64,000 nucleotides of DNA from Pecten maximus (lineage: Eukaryota). Where the stretch lies: positions 40,982,001-41,046,000 of the forward strand of contig NC_047023.1 in NCBI RefSeq assembly GCF_902652985.1, read 5' to 3'. The translations under genes were made by a program, and so were the position numbers. Positions 1 to 12,900 of this stretch are shown here, in pieces (positions within the stretch are counted from its first letter, which is position 1; every line of letters begins with the position of its first letter). A model generated the notes under the pieces. The model saw nothing but the letters and a program-made list of their open reading frames with translations. It searched no databases and was not told the DNA's origin.

Positions 1-897
1 GTCAGTATTCTCTGTTTGTTTTCCTAGAAAAATATACTGATTTCAACAGTACAGATTAAGGTCACTTCAATTTACTAGCAAAACTGGACTGTAGAATCAC
101 AGGGATTCGTCACGAGTTCCCAACCCACGGTCCTTATCATATTATTGATACTATAATACATGTGATGGACCTTGGGTTGGGAATTCATTCCAAGTTCCTA
201 TGTGTAGAATGGACATGTGTTTAGTAAATATGATTAACTACTGGGTCTACCCACAGGTAACACTGACATTATGATGTATGGGAGTGTTGTACTGGGTTTA
301 TGGGGGAGGTAGTGAGGAAACTACAAAAGAAAAAAAAAATCCGTTGTTATGCCCTATTGCCATTTGGACGGTTTCAAGAGTTCAAGAACTATGAAAAACA
401 TGAAATTTCACATTAGAAAATGAAGAACAATTCTCAATTCAACATCTACAAACAGACAATTGGAATGACAATGAGAACAAACAATATAGTCCTCTTCGTT
501 GGCCAAATCTGAAAGGTTTTCACCCAAGGCTAGCTAAATTCCTCTCAGAACGGGTAGCATCAAACTTCCCATTTTCCCTCATGTGGAGATAATTAGGTAT
601 ACACGAAAACGACAAATAAATAACATTACCAAAGGTGTCAATTTAGAGGATTCATTCACGAAAATAAAATCCAATTTTACAAATTTACAATGAACTGAGC
701 TGCTTTGACCAGGAAACGTTTCTGGACAATGACGCACCTTATAAGTGTCATTGTCCTCGCCTACAATCGAGTTGAATACACTCAGACTCCTTGTAGAAAA
801 TTATCGTGGAGATCACTGATTTACTCACAGGTGGAGCAGAAATTAACTATAACATCACTGAAAGTTGGGGAGCATAAAGAACATGTGGCACGACCAG

Positions 898-975
898 CAT
901 CTTCGCTAGCCAAGGCTTCTACGTTATACTCCACGAACAAGTGTAATGTAATCAGAAGCCATGGCTAGCGAGATG
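898..975. mobile_element. Ultra-short hairpin MITE (78 bp) with 9-bp TSD
   Basis: Arms CATCTTCGCTAGCCAAGGCTTCT / AGAAGCCATGGCTAGCGAGATG, with an inner stem ACGTTATACT/AGTGTAATGT. Exact direct repeat CACGACCAG at 889-897 and 976-984. Confidence 0.75.
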
Positions 976-1344
976 CACGACCAGGAGCAGCTGGTAATGT
1001 CGACTGAACACAATGAGTAAATAACATGGATGTCAGATACAGATTCTGCAACGAGCCACATTACGTATAAGTCGGGATCGTATACCTGGTGGACGTTATG
1101 GCAGATTTCACTATGGATTTCCATTGATGCTTGGAGGTAAATGTGTTATATCGAAAATATGAAGTCAAGTATGGCATCAGTTCGTATCTTTGGAGCACTG
1201 TGAAGCTGTCTGGGAAGTAATTATTCTGTTGCAACAAATACCAAAATTCTCAGATTGCACCCGAAATAATGAATATAAGCGTAGGGTAACACCCTGTTGT
1301 ACTAGGAAGGATCTAATGAGATTAGTTTCTGTAGATGAAGTACA

Positions 1345-1810
1345 ACCCAAGCATTGGCACAGCAATATCTTATCTAGTGTAGCGGGCTTAACCAAGCATG
1401 CATTCGGCAATATTTGATCTAATGCAGTGGGCCAAACCAAGCAAAGGCTCGGCAATATCTTATCTAATGCGGCTGGCTAAACCAAGCAAGGGCTCGGCAA
1501 TATTTGATCTAGTGTGGCAGACTAAACCAAGCAAGGGCTCGGCAATATTTGATCTAGTGCGGCAGACTAAACCAAGCAAGGGCTCGGCAATCTATTGCGG
1601 TAGGCTAAACCAAGCATGGACTCTTCAATATCTGATCTAGTGCGGATGACTAAACCAAGCAAGGGCTCGGCAATATCTGATGTAATGCGGCATACTAACC
1701 AAGCAAGGGCTCGGCAATATCTGATCTAGTGCAGTGGACTAAACCAAGTATGGGCTTGGCAATCTATTGCAGCGGGCTAAACCAAGCAAGGGCTCGGCAA
1801 TATCTGATCC
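1345..1810. repeat. ~45-bp minisatellite (AAACCAAGCAAGGGCTCGGCAATATTTGATCTAGTGCGGCAGACT), ~10 copies
   Basis: Tandem units are visible and explain the 15-aa periodicity of ORF 1398-1640. A further degenerate unit follows the MITE at ~2065-2120. Confidence 0.9.
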
Positions 1811-1813
1811 AAC

Positions 1814-2043
1814 CCACAGGGACTTGAGAATTAGTTACAGTATACATGTATTCAGACCTCCCCTAGTGTGTATAGCACAATTTCAGACGTTTCGGGGGGG
1901 ATAGATCAAAATTCGGTAAAATGGCTCCCCCGATGTTCATTATATACTGAATTTTGATCTATCTGAACGTCTGAAAATGTGCTATACACACTAATGGAGG
2001 TCCAAATACATGTAGACTGTAACTAATTATCAAGTCCCTGTGG
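1814..2043. mobile_element. Fold-back MITE (~230 bp, almost fully palindromic)
   Basis: CCACAGGGACTTGAGAATTAGTTACAG...CTGTAACTAATTATCAAGTCCCTGTGG with long inverted arms. Flanks TCCAAC/TCTAAC may be a 6-bp TSD with one mismatch. Confidence 0.8.
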
Positions 2044-2739
2044 TCTAACAGATTACATAGACTCGTCAATCTAGTGCAGCGGACTAAACTAAGCCCTAAG
2101 CATGGACTAGGCAATCTTGTCGACTAGCATAACAGGTTTAAGGGTGTTTAACAATTATTAGATTTACACTTCGGAAAATGTCTGGATTTGTTTTATATTA
2201 ATAAATTCTTAGAAATACTTGGGGGGGGGGGGGGGGGGGGGACATTAAATATACTCAATCACAGTGTATAGACCGTCAAGTACATCATGAATGTTACAAA
2301 TGGATGACCCATTTTACATATCATATATAAGAGAAATACTTGATTTATATGTATTGAAATATTGAATCTTGGAAAGGGGAATACTCGATCCTGTCATGTG
2401 TTATTCGGTGGATGATCGTGAAAAAAAGAAGAGAAGGGGTAACAGGACAGGGGTTTAACACGTACCTATGAACCATTGTCATTGTCAATGATAAGTATAA
2501 GTGATCTGGGGTCGACCATAGGGTTATTTTTTTTCATTCTGGGTCATAGGTTGGTGTCAAGACCCTGTGGACAGAGAACCGAGTAACAACAGGTCAGATT
2601 GTCTAGCTCGGTTCGGGAAAACTTTGGAAGGCCAACATGCTGGAATCAAATCATGAATCTGCATATGTCCAGCTGTTGCAGCTTAATTGTGTCCAGTTTC
2701 CTAACTGTCGGAATGCTTTCTTTGAAAGTGGTACGTTTC

Positions 2740-2900
2740 CATAACGCTGTACGATAAGCGTTGTGATTGATGAATTCGCTATCACTACTGTGAATTTTCC
2801 ATTTCTTGATAGCAATTTTAACACAGTAACATCTTAATTTCCCCCCGCATAGATCCGTTTCTAGATATGCAGGTTCCTTTTACGTTTGTCATGGTCATCC
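2740..2900 (+). mobile_element. Decayed Penelope-like retroelement RT fragment
   Basis: Frameshifted remnants TLYDKR, VNFPFLDSN and IRF*IC resemble the Penelope RT C-terminal pattern LYDKRDDFNFxIVNFPFLxSNIP...LIRYxR. Confidence 0.55.
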
Positions 2901-3219
2901 TATAAAGATGGACATGCTAAACTTATTTGTGGGGTCGAAGATATTGTCCAATATGCTCATTATGATACAGGCATGTTGCTGTCATTGCCACAGCTCTCAC
3001 TTTGAGAATTGACATTACTGTGATTGACCAATTATCAATGAAAGGAAAACGTTCTCATTTTATCGATATCCAAGCCCTATCTTTATCTTATTTATTTCTA
3101 AACCTCATGACGTCGTATACCAATAAGGCAAGTCTGCATTAACATGCGCTAACCTATACATGATCGAGGTACTAAATAAATATACATATACTCTTTTTTT
3201 TAAGTTTCGTTAGTGAAAT

Positions 3220-3274
3220 CAGAGACCTATATACTAATTAGTATATACAGAGACCTGGTATATATAGGTCTCTG
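3220..3274. mobile_element. 55-bp hairpin mini-element with 7-bp TSD
   Basis: CAGAGACCTATATA...TATATAGGTCTCTG, flanked on both sides by GTGAAAT (3213-3219, 3275-3281). Confidence 0.7.
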
Positions 3275-3940
3275 GTGAAATATTGGACGGGTGATGTTGA
3301 AATCAAACTGTACAATTTTCAAATTAAAATTCACAAACTTAACTATTTTGTTTCTGCTCCGGTGTGATACTTTTAAAAGTATGTTCAAAAATCATATAAA
3401 ATTTTTAATTAAATCGGAAGTTTTTTTTCCTACTTCAAAAGTTTGTTGATGTAATTGTCAAACAACAAACAACGAAAAAATCCTGCCATGCAAACGTCTC
3501 ATAAAAAAAAAAAATAATAACGGAGAAATAATGCAATTCTGTAAAAAAAAAAATGCAAGTTTGTGTAGACAGCACTGTGTGCTCCTCGCTACCAGTCAAT
3601 TTATTATGTCTAGTATACGTAGTAAGGTTTCGTGTAGTGTATGTGTGTATTGTAGTGTGTATTCGAGCATGAACAGCACTGAGGCTATCGTAGAAGCCAA
3701 TCAAAACGATGGTCATATCTAGTCTTAGCCAATCACGTCCATGTTAACAAACACGCACATGACTCATTTTCTCTCACCAACAGTACCTTGTGTTTATTTT
3801 TAGAAGGAGACCTTGTCATATAAAGTTGTGTCCAAAAGCACTGACGTTTATTTACAATCGATCGGTGCACCTGAGTGGTAGCCGGAACAGTTAAAGACCG
3901 ACAACTATCTCCTTTCTGGAAATGACAAATTGGGCCTGAA

Positions 3941-6900
3941 ATGTCGGCATCGGAATCGAGTTCAGCAGTTTCCAAATCAAATGGGGTGCGAGATTACAAA
4001 GTTGTCATCTTGGGTGATGGTGGAGTCGGAAAAAGTGGTAAGTGTCACAAGTTTGTCGTCTTTTTTACCTTTGATTGTTTACTTTATACAGTAGTATGTC
4101 CGTGAGTCATGTAAGGAATGTCAAACCACAACAATTCAAATCATTTCAGTCCGAAACAAAAGTCGATAAAATGAGACCGCGATATGGTTGTTTACTTCTG
4201 GTGAGCGAGAAAGCTGATGATAGCTGTGACGTGTGTTGCCTCCAGGTGCACCTCTGGATGTCAGAATACACCAATAATACAGCCGTAAATATATCAACTC
4301 ATCAGGACGACTCATCAGTGTGTATTATCTACGGCAACAATTCAATACAGCGTGAACTTGGTCTAATTTACGCATCTTATCTGAAAGATACAAGACCCAA
4401 ATATTTTGCCCTAGTTATTATGCGATAAGTCCAAGTGTTAGATTGGGTCCAGTAATTAAATACACAATGTTTTGGTGTCTTGTCAATTATACTAAGAATG
4501 TTGTCTTTGTTACTGAGCAATATGATTGATCTAGTTGTGGTAACACTTATGTATACTAATGTAGCCCGAGTTTTCTCTGGCCCTGTCACCATGTCTGGTG
4601 ACAGGGCCAGAGAAAACTCGGGCTAATATTAATGCTGCTTTATAATAATTAAAAAATGATTAGATATATGCAACTTTTTTGTAAAATTAAATGTGTGTAT
4701 AACACTAAAATAAGTAAAGTGAAATTTATACATTAAATTTTTTTTTTTAAAGCCAAAGGGAGAAATAATCGATTTAAGATATCATTCTTGTGGAATGTCA
4801 ATTAATCAGGAGTACATGTGCAGTAAGGTACGGTGTATGTTTTAGGCCTATACTCATTTAGACTATCTTTTGAAAACCTGGTTACAATTGTTACATTGGC
4901 TGACAAAGCTGTTCAATTGGTAATGTCAGGAGATATATTTTTTTTTTTCCCAGCCGTTTATAAATCACTACAGGTGTATTTTATTACAGGACAATCTTAA
5001 ATGTGCCCTTTTATATAGAGTTGTGGCCCTTTGTGTCCAAAGTTTGTCTGGAGCATAACTGCCTTGCCATGTTACAAGCATTCTATGATTCAACAAATGT
5101 ATTACACCTGCCCTGTCAGGGATCAATCTAGGGATTTTTCACTACTGATTATTGGTAGCTTTCCCTCTGAATATTGTTCCATTTTCCCCCTCAGACTTCT
5201 GTTAAATTCACTAAAATATTGTATTTCCTTTCATTCTTATGGCAATGATATCCAAAAATCCTCCAGATTTGTTTTCCTTATTAGCCATTTGCTGTTTTCA
5301 CTTGCAAAATGTGTTTTTAAAATAAAAAACTGAAACTTTGTGATTTTTTCAAATTTCTCCTTTTCCGAACTTATTTCCCCCTCTTGTCCAAAAAGGGTAG
5401 TTTCCCCTAAATTCTAGATAAATACTGAATACAAAGTATCTTTGAAAAGTCAATTATAAAGGTTTTATACATCTAGATCTAGAACTTTGTTGTTTGCTAA
5501 TTTCTGATGTAAAAAGTGACTGGGACAATAGGGACATACCAGTATACAATGTATTTATGATCCTTGTTAATTACACATGCATTCTCCAGACATCCTTATG
5601 TATGTAATAATTATAACAGGCATTAGATATACTACCAACAGTAAAAAGCCCACTCAGTGCACTTGACCATGATTTTACATTCATTGTTTTATTTTACTAG
5701 GCTACATTGTAAAATGATAATCAAAACTCAGATTAACATCAGTCCCAGGCAGTAAAGAAATCTTATACATGTGTATAATGTTTACTATATTATAAAATCC
5801 TATCATTTGTATTTATCAGTTTAATGGTATTAATTGTACATTTCAATGTGTACAGATCTAGAATTCATATTTAAATAAGATTGTTTATCAGTTCTTTTTA
5901 TATAGAGAAAAAAAAATGACAGTTTAATTACTGGGACACTTGATTTTGTGGCTTGCTGCTTTTGAGCTCTTCAGGTTAATTGAAATATTCTGAAATAATT
6001 ACTTAATTAAAGAAAATGGTAGAGGATAATCTTGTCCTGAGGTAAAAAGTTGTTGAAGCCTTACCAAAATAAAGGTATATACATGTATATATATATAGAT
6101 GAAAAATGTTTATCAAGATCGTTGGCAATATGGCCTTGAGCATTATTACTGTATATTTGGTAGAAGTTATTTTGTATATAAACTAAATTCTTGTCATATT
6201 TCTTCACAGCTCTGGTGATCCAATTTGTGTGTCACAGATTTTTGGAATACCATGATCCTACAATAGGTAAGTCAGTTTCTGGTCACTGAGTGGGATACAC
6301 ACGTCCAGCATTATGTCGACACCAGATATAATGTCTAAGGTACAGTATAACATGGCCAAACCAGCCCCTGTCTTATCAAGATCCCTGTCCATTTGTCACC
6401 CCAGTATAATGTCTAAGGTACAGTATAACCTAGCTAAACCAGCCCCTGTCTTATCTAGATCCCTGTCCAACCATTTGTCATCCCCAGGTATACTAAGGTA
6501 CAGTATAACATGGCCAAACCAGCCCCTGTCTTATCTAGATCCCTGTCCAACCATTTGTCATCCCCAGGTATACTAAGGTACAGTATAACCTAGCTAAATC
6601 AGCCCCTGTCTTATCTAGATCCCTGTCCAACCATTTGTCATCCCCAGGTATACTAAGGTACAGTATAACCTAGCTAAATCAACCCCTGTCTTATCTAGAT
6701 CCCTGTCCAACCATTTGTCATCCCCAGGTATACTAAGGTACAGTATAACCTAGCTAAATCAGCCCCTGTCTAATCCGGATCCCCATCCAACCATTTGTCA
6801 TCCCCAGGTATACTAAGGTACAGTATAACCTAGCTAAATCAGCCCCGTCTAATCTAGATCCCTGTCCAACCATTTGTCATCCCCAGGTATACTAAGGTAC

Positions 6901-9900
6901 AGTATAACCTAGCTAAATCAGCCCCTGTCTTATCTAGATCCCTGTCCAACCATTTGTCATCCCCAGGTATACTAAGGTACAGTATAACCTAGCTAAATCA
7001 ACCCCTGTCTTATCTAGATCCCTGTCCAACCATTTGTCATCCCCAGGTATACTAAGGTACAGTATAACCTAGCTAAATCAACCCCTGTCTAATCTAGATC
7101 CCTGTCCAACCATTTGTCATCCCCAGGTATACTAAGGTACAGTATAACCTAGCTAAATCAGCCCCTGTCTTATCTAGATCCCTGTCCAACCATTTGTCAT
7201 CCCCAGGTATACTAAGGTACAGTATAACCTAGCTAAATCAGCCCCTGTCTTATCTAGATCCCTGTCCAACCATTTGTCATCCCCAGGTATACTAAGGTAC
7301 AGTATAACCTAGCTAAATCAGCCCCTGTCTTATCTAGATCCCTGTCCAACCATTTGTCATCCCCAGGTATACTAAGGTACAGTATAACCTAGCTAAATCA
7401 GCCCCTGTCTTATCTAGATCCCTGTCCAACCATTTGTCATCCCCAGGTATACTAAGGTACAGTATAACCTAGCTAAATCAGCCCCTGTCTAATCTAGATC
7501 CCTGTCCAACCATTTGTCATCCCCAGGTATACTAAGGTACAGTATAACCTAGCTAAATCAGCCCCCGTCTAATCTAGATCCCTGTCCAACCATTTGTCAT
7601 CCCCAGGTATACTAAGGTACAGTATAACCTAGCTAAATCAACCCCTGTCTAATCTAGATCCCTGTCCAACCATTTGTCATCCCCAGGTATACTAAGGTAC
7701 AGTATAACCTAGCTAAATCAGCCCCGTCTAATCTAGATCCCTGTCCAACCATTTGTCATCCCCAGGTATACTAAGGTACAGTATAACCTAGCTAAATCAG
7801 CCCTGTCTAATCTAGATCCCCATCCAACCATTTGTCATCCCCAGGTATACTAAGGTACAGTATAACCTAGCTAAATCAGCCCCTGTCTAATCTAGATCCC
7901 CATCCAACCATTTGTCATCCCCAGGTATACTAAGGTACAGTATAACCTAGCTAAATCAGCCCGTCTTATCTAGATCCCTGTCCAACCATTTGTCATCCCC
8001 AGGTATACTAAGGTACAGTATAACCTAGCTAAATCAACCCCTGTCTAATCGGAGTCCCTGTCTATAATCCCAATTTATGGAGTACAGATTTAATGTGTTG
8101 TCCATCTGTAAGTCAGCGATTGTTCAAAGGTTTTTGGCATTTCTCAAAGACCTAAGTTGAAGATGGCATTAGGTTGTAAAATCTATCTAGGATGAAGTCA
8201 CATTTGCTTTGTATTCTGGGTAAAATTTTTAGGTGACAAAAGTTTTTCATTTTAAAGCGACATATATAGCACTTCAGAATTTGCAACCAATATTGCATAC
8301 AGAAGCATTTGCTTATTGAGGAAAACCTGTCCTTTACGAACAATATAGCTGTTATAGGACTTTAAACAATGCAAAAACAAGGTGAAGTCTGTGAAGTTTT
8401 AACTGGTTATAAAAAGGTTGCTGTATGTAGTCCAGCACAAGTTTGATAAAGAAACGTACTAGCACTGAATATCCCCTCTTGTGGTTGTGTAAGCTGTTTG
8501 TAGAGTATATTGGTATCTATGTGTGCCGTTCAATACATGTTTGGAGCAGTTTATAGCTTTCTTGTCAATATTTTAATTTTGTTTATACAGCCTTTAAAAT
8601 GCCCAGCCTGACATAAACTATAGCACCTCTGCATATACGTTTGATAAAGACTTAATCAATGTATAGGTGTCACAGTGAGCCCTGAGGTCTACTCCCGTAT
8701 ATGTAAATATGGGGAAATCGATCCTACATTATACATGTAGTTATCATTAAAGCTAAATGTGTCGTGGTTCACTGACTTTCTATGGACATGGAATTGTAGG
8801 TGTAAGGGAAAACTGTTGTGTATAAAATTGACATTGTTAATTTGTTTGGGAATTTTCAGTTTTTGTCCCGACATTCCTTTAGAGTGAGATTTGTGTCTCT
8901 GTGTTTGACTATATATGTAGGGTTTACTTTATTTGTTATCGTTTTGGTTCCCATGTTCTCCTCACCCGACAGGACACTTTTGTTTAGTGAGAGTCTCTTT
9001 ATATGTGAAATAAATTGGAATTACCCAAATTTACAGTTTCAGTTTTCCAATTAAACACATGTACAGAGATATCAAGTGCGTTGATTGTTATAATTGCTTT
9101 GCTTATACCAGTATTTACACTACTGGTGTTAATTACATGGCTCTGAATCAAAGTTTCAAGGTTAAACAGGAAATAACAATATCCTGACTGAAGATGATGC
9201 ATTGTTTATAGAAGTTTTCCTCGTAAATAGATTTATACAACATCCCAGGCCTGACCTTTGGCCAACAGTTTATGAAGAGATAAGTTCTGCGGAAGACATT
9301 GTCATACAGTTGGGACCAAGTAGTTGCTAGTTGCTGTGTGACCAGTGTCTTGACGCAGGATTGTTGTTAAATGTAGATAGTGTGAACTTCCTATTGTGGT
9401 TTACACCTACACCCACTAATGGTAGAAATCTTGTGAAACCTTATTTAGCCATCTCATCTTACTCTACATATTACAGTAGTGTTTAAACACATCTAGATGT
9501 CTGTGCATTATTCATTTAGATTTTGGAATTAGATGGACAAGAAAATAGGACCTTTAAATATGAATTAAGAAAAAGAAATATACATTGATTGCCCTTGTTG
9601 TAGGGAAACATGACAATATTGTTTACCTGCAGCAAGTCATATTTCCATAGGGCTTTGCCTCCGGGAAATATGACATGCCTCGGGTAAATTAATTGTCATG
9701 TCTCCCTACAACCAAGGGAATTGTTTATTACATATATTGTACTAAAATACAGACTCAATAAAGACTATCTGCTTAAGAAACTAAAAATATTCTGTACAAT
9801 TCAAAGTTGGTAGATTTTCCACATTCCTGTAAAAAAAATCCTGAAAACATTTCATTGCACACTTTGCGTCCTTTGCCTGCAGAATATAATTGATTTCATC

Positions 9901-12900
9901 TGCGTCTGTCAGATGAAATATCTCTCGTTCACCATGTTTGTTGATTGGAACACCTGGGTTCCATATCAGGAACGACAACTCTGTTAAAAAAAACATGAGA
10001 AATTTGACATGATGCGCACAAGCGAGACATAAAGTGTGGTCTCCCAGACACATGATGGCTCTCAACCAATCCTTGAATGTGTTACATAATTGAGGGATTG
10101 TAATATACCAAAATCATTATATCAAAATCAGGGGTAAACTGTAAATAGGAATTTGGCTTAAGTATGAAAAATATCAAATGGGACTGGTGCCCATAATGGC
10201 CCCAAACAATGGGCCCCAAAAAGCCCTGGGAATCATAATGCAAAACTGTATCACATATAGTTGTTTGTTTTGTTGTCAGTATCAGGAACTTGAGTAGGTC
10301 TTACCGTCTAAGCAAATGCTAACCGTACAATGTATGTATTATGTATATTGCATAATTTTAAAAGATGAGACTGAATTTATTGTTTTGAGAATAATCAGTA
10401 TTTTAAGAATTGGACACGATCACAGCATGACAGTGTAGTATAGTGTGTCTACATATTAATACATCCATGTTCATTGTTCATGAGGAATGACTAGCGAGTT
10501 ATAAAAACTCATAAAACTAGGCCTAGATATACTTAACAAGTAGTCATGGTAGGCTGTGTACTCCTCAGTCTATCTCAGCAATCGCCATGCTTTTAAACTC
10601 AGACACTTGAAAATTGTCACTTTTCTCATGGTTAATACTCAAGCCGATGTGGTGAGGTCACTGGGAATTGATTGTGGACACAACAATTTGTTATAGTAAA
10701 CAAACTCTGAATAGAAGACAAAAAAATATGAGGTCTCAAAAGCCAGTGGTTTTCTCAACATGCCACATGGGATAAAAGTTTTAAAAATGTAAAGGTCAAA
10801 GAGTGAAAAATGAATGATTCAGACAAAAACAAATTAGACAAAAAAACACCAGTTAGATGATTAGTCATTTCATTTTGGTTCAGAAAATTACCTGAAGGTC
10901 ACTCATGTGTCAAATGCCCTTAAACATTTCTTCCTGGTCTTTTTGTCAGTTTACAATGCCTTCAAATGCTTGTGGTTGTTAAATTGTTGATATTTAGACA
11001 GCTTTTGTGTCTTTCTAAAAAAATACTGCGTAGGTGATGCCAATCTCTGTAACATTTATCTCAATAGTGATAAAACCAATTTATGTGACAGCTTCATGTA
11101 ATTTCTAATGTCAGACACTTGAAAATAACCGATAGCATTTCTATTGTAAATTTAGCCCTCAAAAAATTTTCAATTTCCTTAACCAACTTACTCTTTTCCT
11201 GCTCTTTCTAAAGGTTTTGTGTTGTAAAAAGTTTCATAAAAATATCTTTAATGATAACAAACAGGATATGTTTTGAATGTCTAAACATCGTTTTAGTGTC
11301 TGTTTTGTTCTGATATACATGTACAATCATATCTATAAATTGTATACATTGTATGTAATTAGATTTTCAGCAGAATATAAAAAAAACGAGACATTAGCTT
11401 GAAAAGGCTGATTTCATCAAGTACATTTTTACCTATTACATAGTTAATCATTTGTTTCTTTGAATGTAAAATTATAAAGGAAGAAGGGGCCGCGGTGGCC
11501 GAGTGGTTAAGGTGTACCGACACTTTAACACTAGCCCTCCACCACTGGGTTGCGAGTTCGAAACCTACGTGGGGCAGTTGCCAGGTTTTTCTCCGGGTAC
11601 TCCGGCTTTCCTCCACCTCTAAAACTTGGCACGTTCTTAAATAACCCTGGCTGTTAATAGGACGTTAAACAAAAAACAAACCAAACAAACCAAATTATAA
11701 AGGGAAAAAAAATAAATAAACAGGTCATTTGATGATGCTACATTGGCAAGCAGCATATACACTGTTTCTCACAAAAAACAACCCACAGTATAAATTAAAA
11801 TCTAATGAACACCAAACAATTATAACAGCATCCTTATAATGATCACTTATAAAACCAAAAGTATTTTACAAAATATATATGCTGGGCACAATACAGTTTC
11901 TTCCGAATGCAATTATTGTGTCGCCTGCAGGCTTAGGGATCAATCTGTCCATGCTCATGTGCCATCAGCATTGTAAGTCACACATAGTTTTCTGGACTTT
12001 CGTTTTTGTACCATTTGCAACATCAATGTGTTACTTGTTATATGACTTTATCATATATATAGTAGGTTAGGAGTTTGTACTCTGTCGAAATTCCATTTTT
12101 TGGTGGAGTTATGGCCCTTCCCATTATGCAAATTTGCATAATTCACCATTTTCCTGACTTTTTTTTTTTTTTTTTCCTACCATTTGTCAAACTAACCTGT
12201 AACTGAGGATGAGCATTTGTCATAATGATTTACAGTTTGAGCCCTGTGTCAATATTCCTTGTTTTGATGGAGTTATGGCCCTTCACACATTTCTCATTAT
12301 CAATTAATTAAAATCTTTGTTATTTTTTTGTAACAAACCGCCTGCCATATCAGTTTCTATCTTTGTATTAGACCTAATCATAATGGACTTACAGTTTGAG
12401 TTGACATCCTGTCTCAATTATTTTGGAGTTATACCCTTTGCACATAAGATATTCTTAACTCTTTTTTTGCTACCTCTTCAGTATGTAATTTAATACATGA
12501 CTTTTTCATGAATGAGGGATTGCAGTTTGAGTGTCAAATCCCATCTATTGCTGGACGTATGCCAAACAATTGATACCATCCACATATGGCTTCAGATGTT
12601 GAGTGGAGGTTTCAATATGGTGACCATATAAACTAAGTGGGCGCAGGCAACTAATCCACTTCTGTTGAATCCTTGTTTAATAAAGAATTTTAAAAAATAC
12701 AAAGCTCAAACATTCGGAAGGGTGTAATAGCATAAGTATGTATCATTTGGTATTGTATAAAAGTCATAACAGCTTATTCTTGTATTCAACTCTTTGAGAT
12801 GTAGCATCTTTACATAGGTCCCCAACTGCTTTCGGTGGGTGTTCTTTCAAAGAAATTTAATATTAGAATGTCATATTACAGGAATAGTTTAAATAAAGAT

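Noticed and set aside
114-186. 20-bp inverted repeat
   Set aside because: Probably a decayed MITE; no TSD, too degraded to classify.
2221-2241. Poly-G run
   Set aside because: A simple homopolymer with no contextual support for function.
5117-5428. Possible hAT-type MITE (CAGGGATCAATCTAG...CTAGATAAATACTG)
   Set aside because: The TIR match is poor and there is no TSD.
11486-11580. tRNA gene
   Set aside because: The A/B boxes continue into a SINE core and tail bounded by a TSD; there is no proper cloverleaf end.
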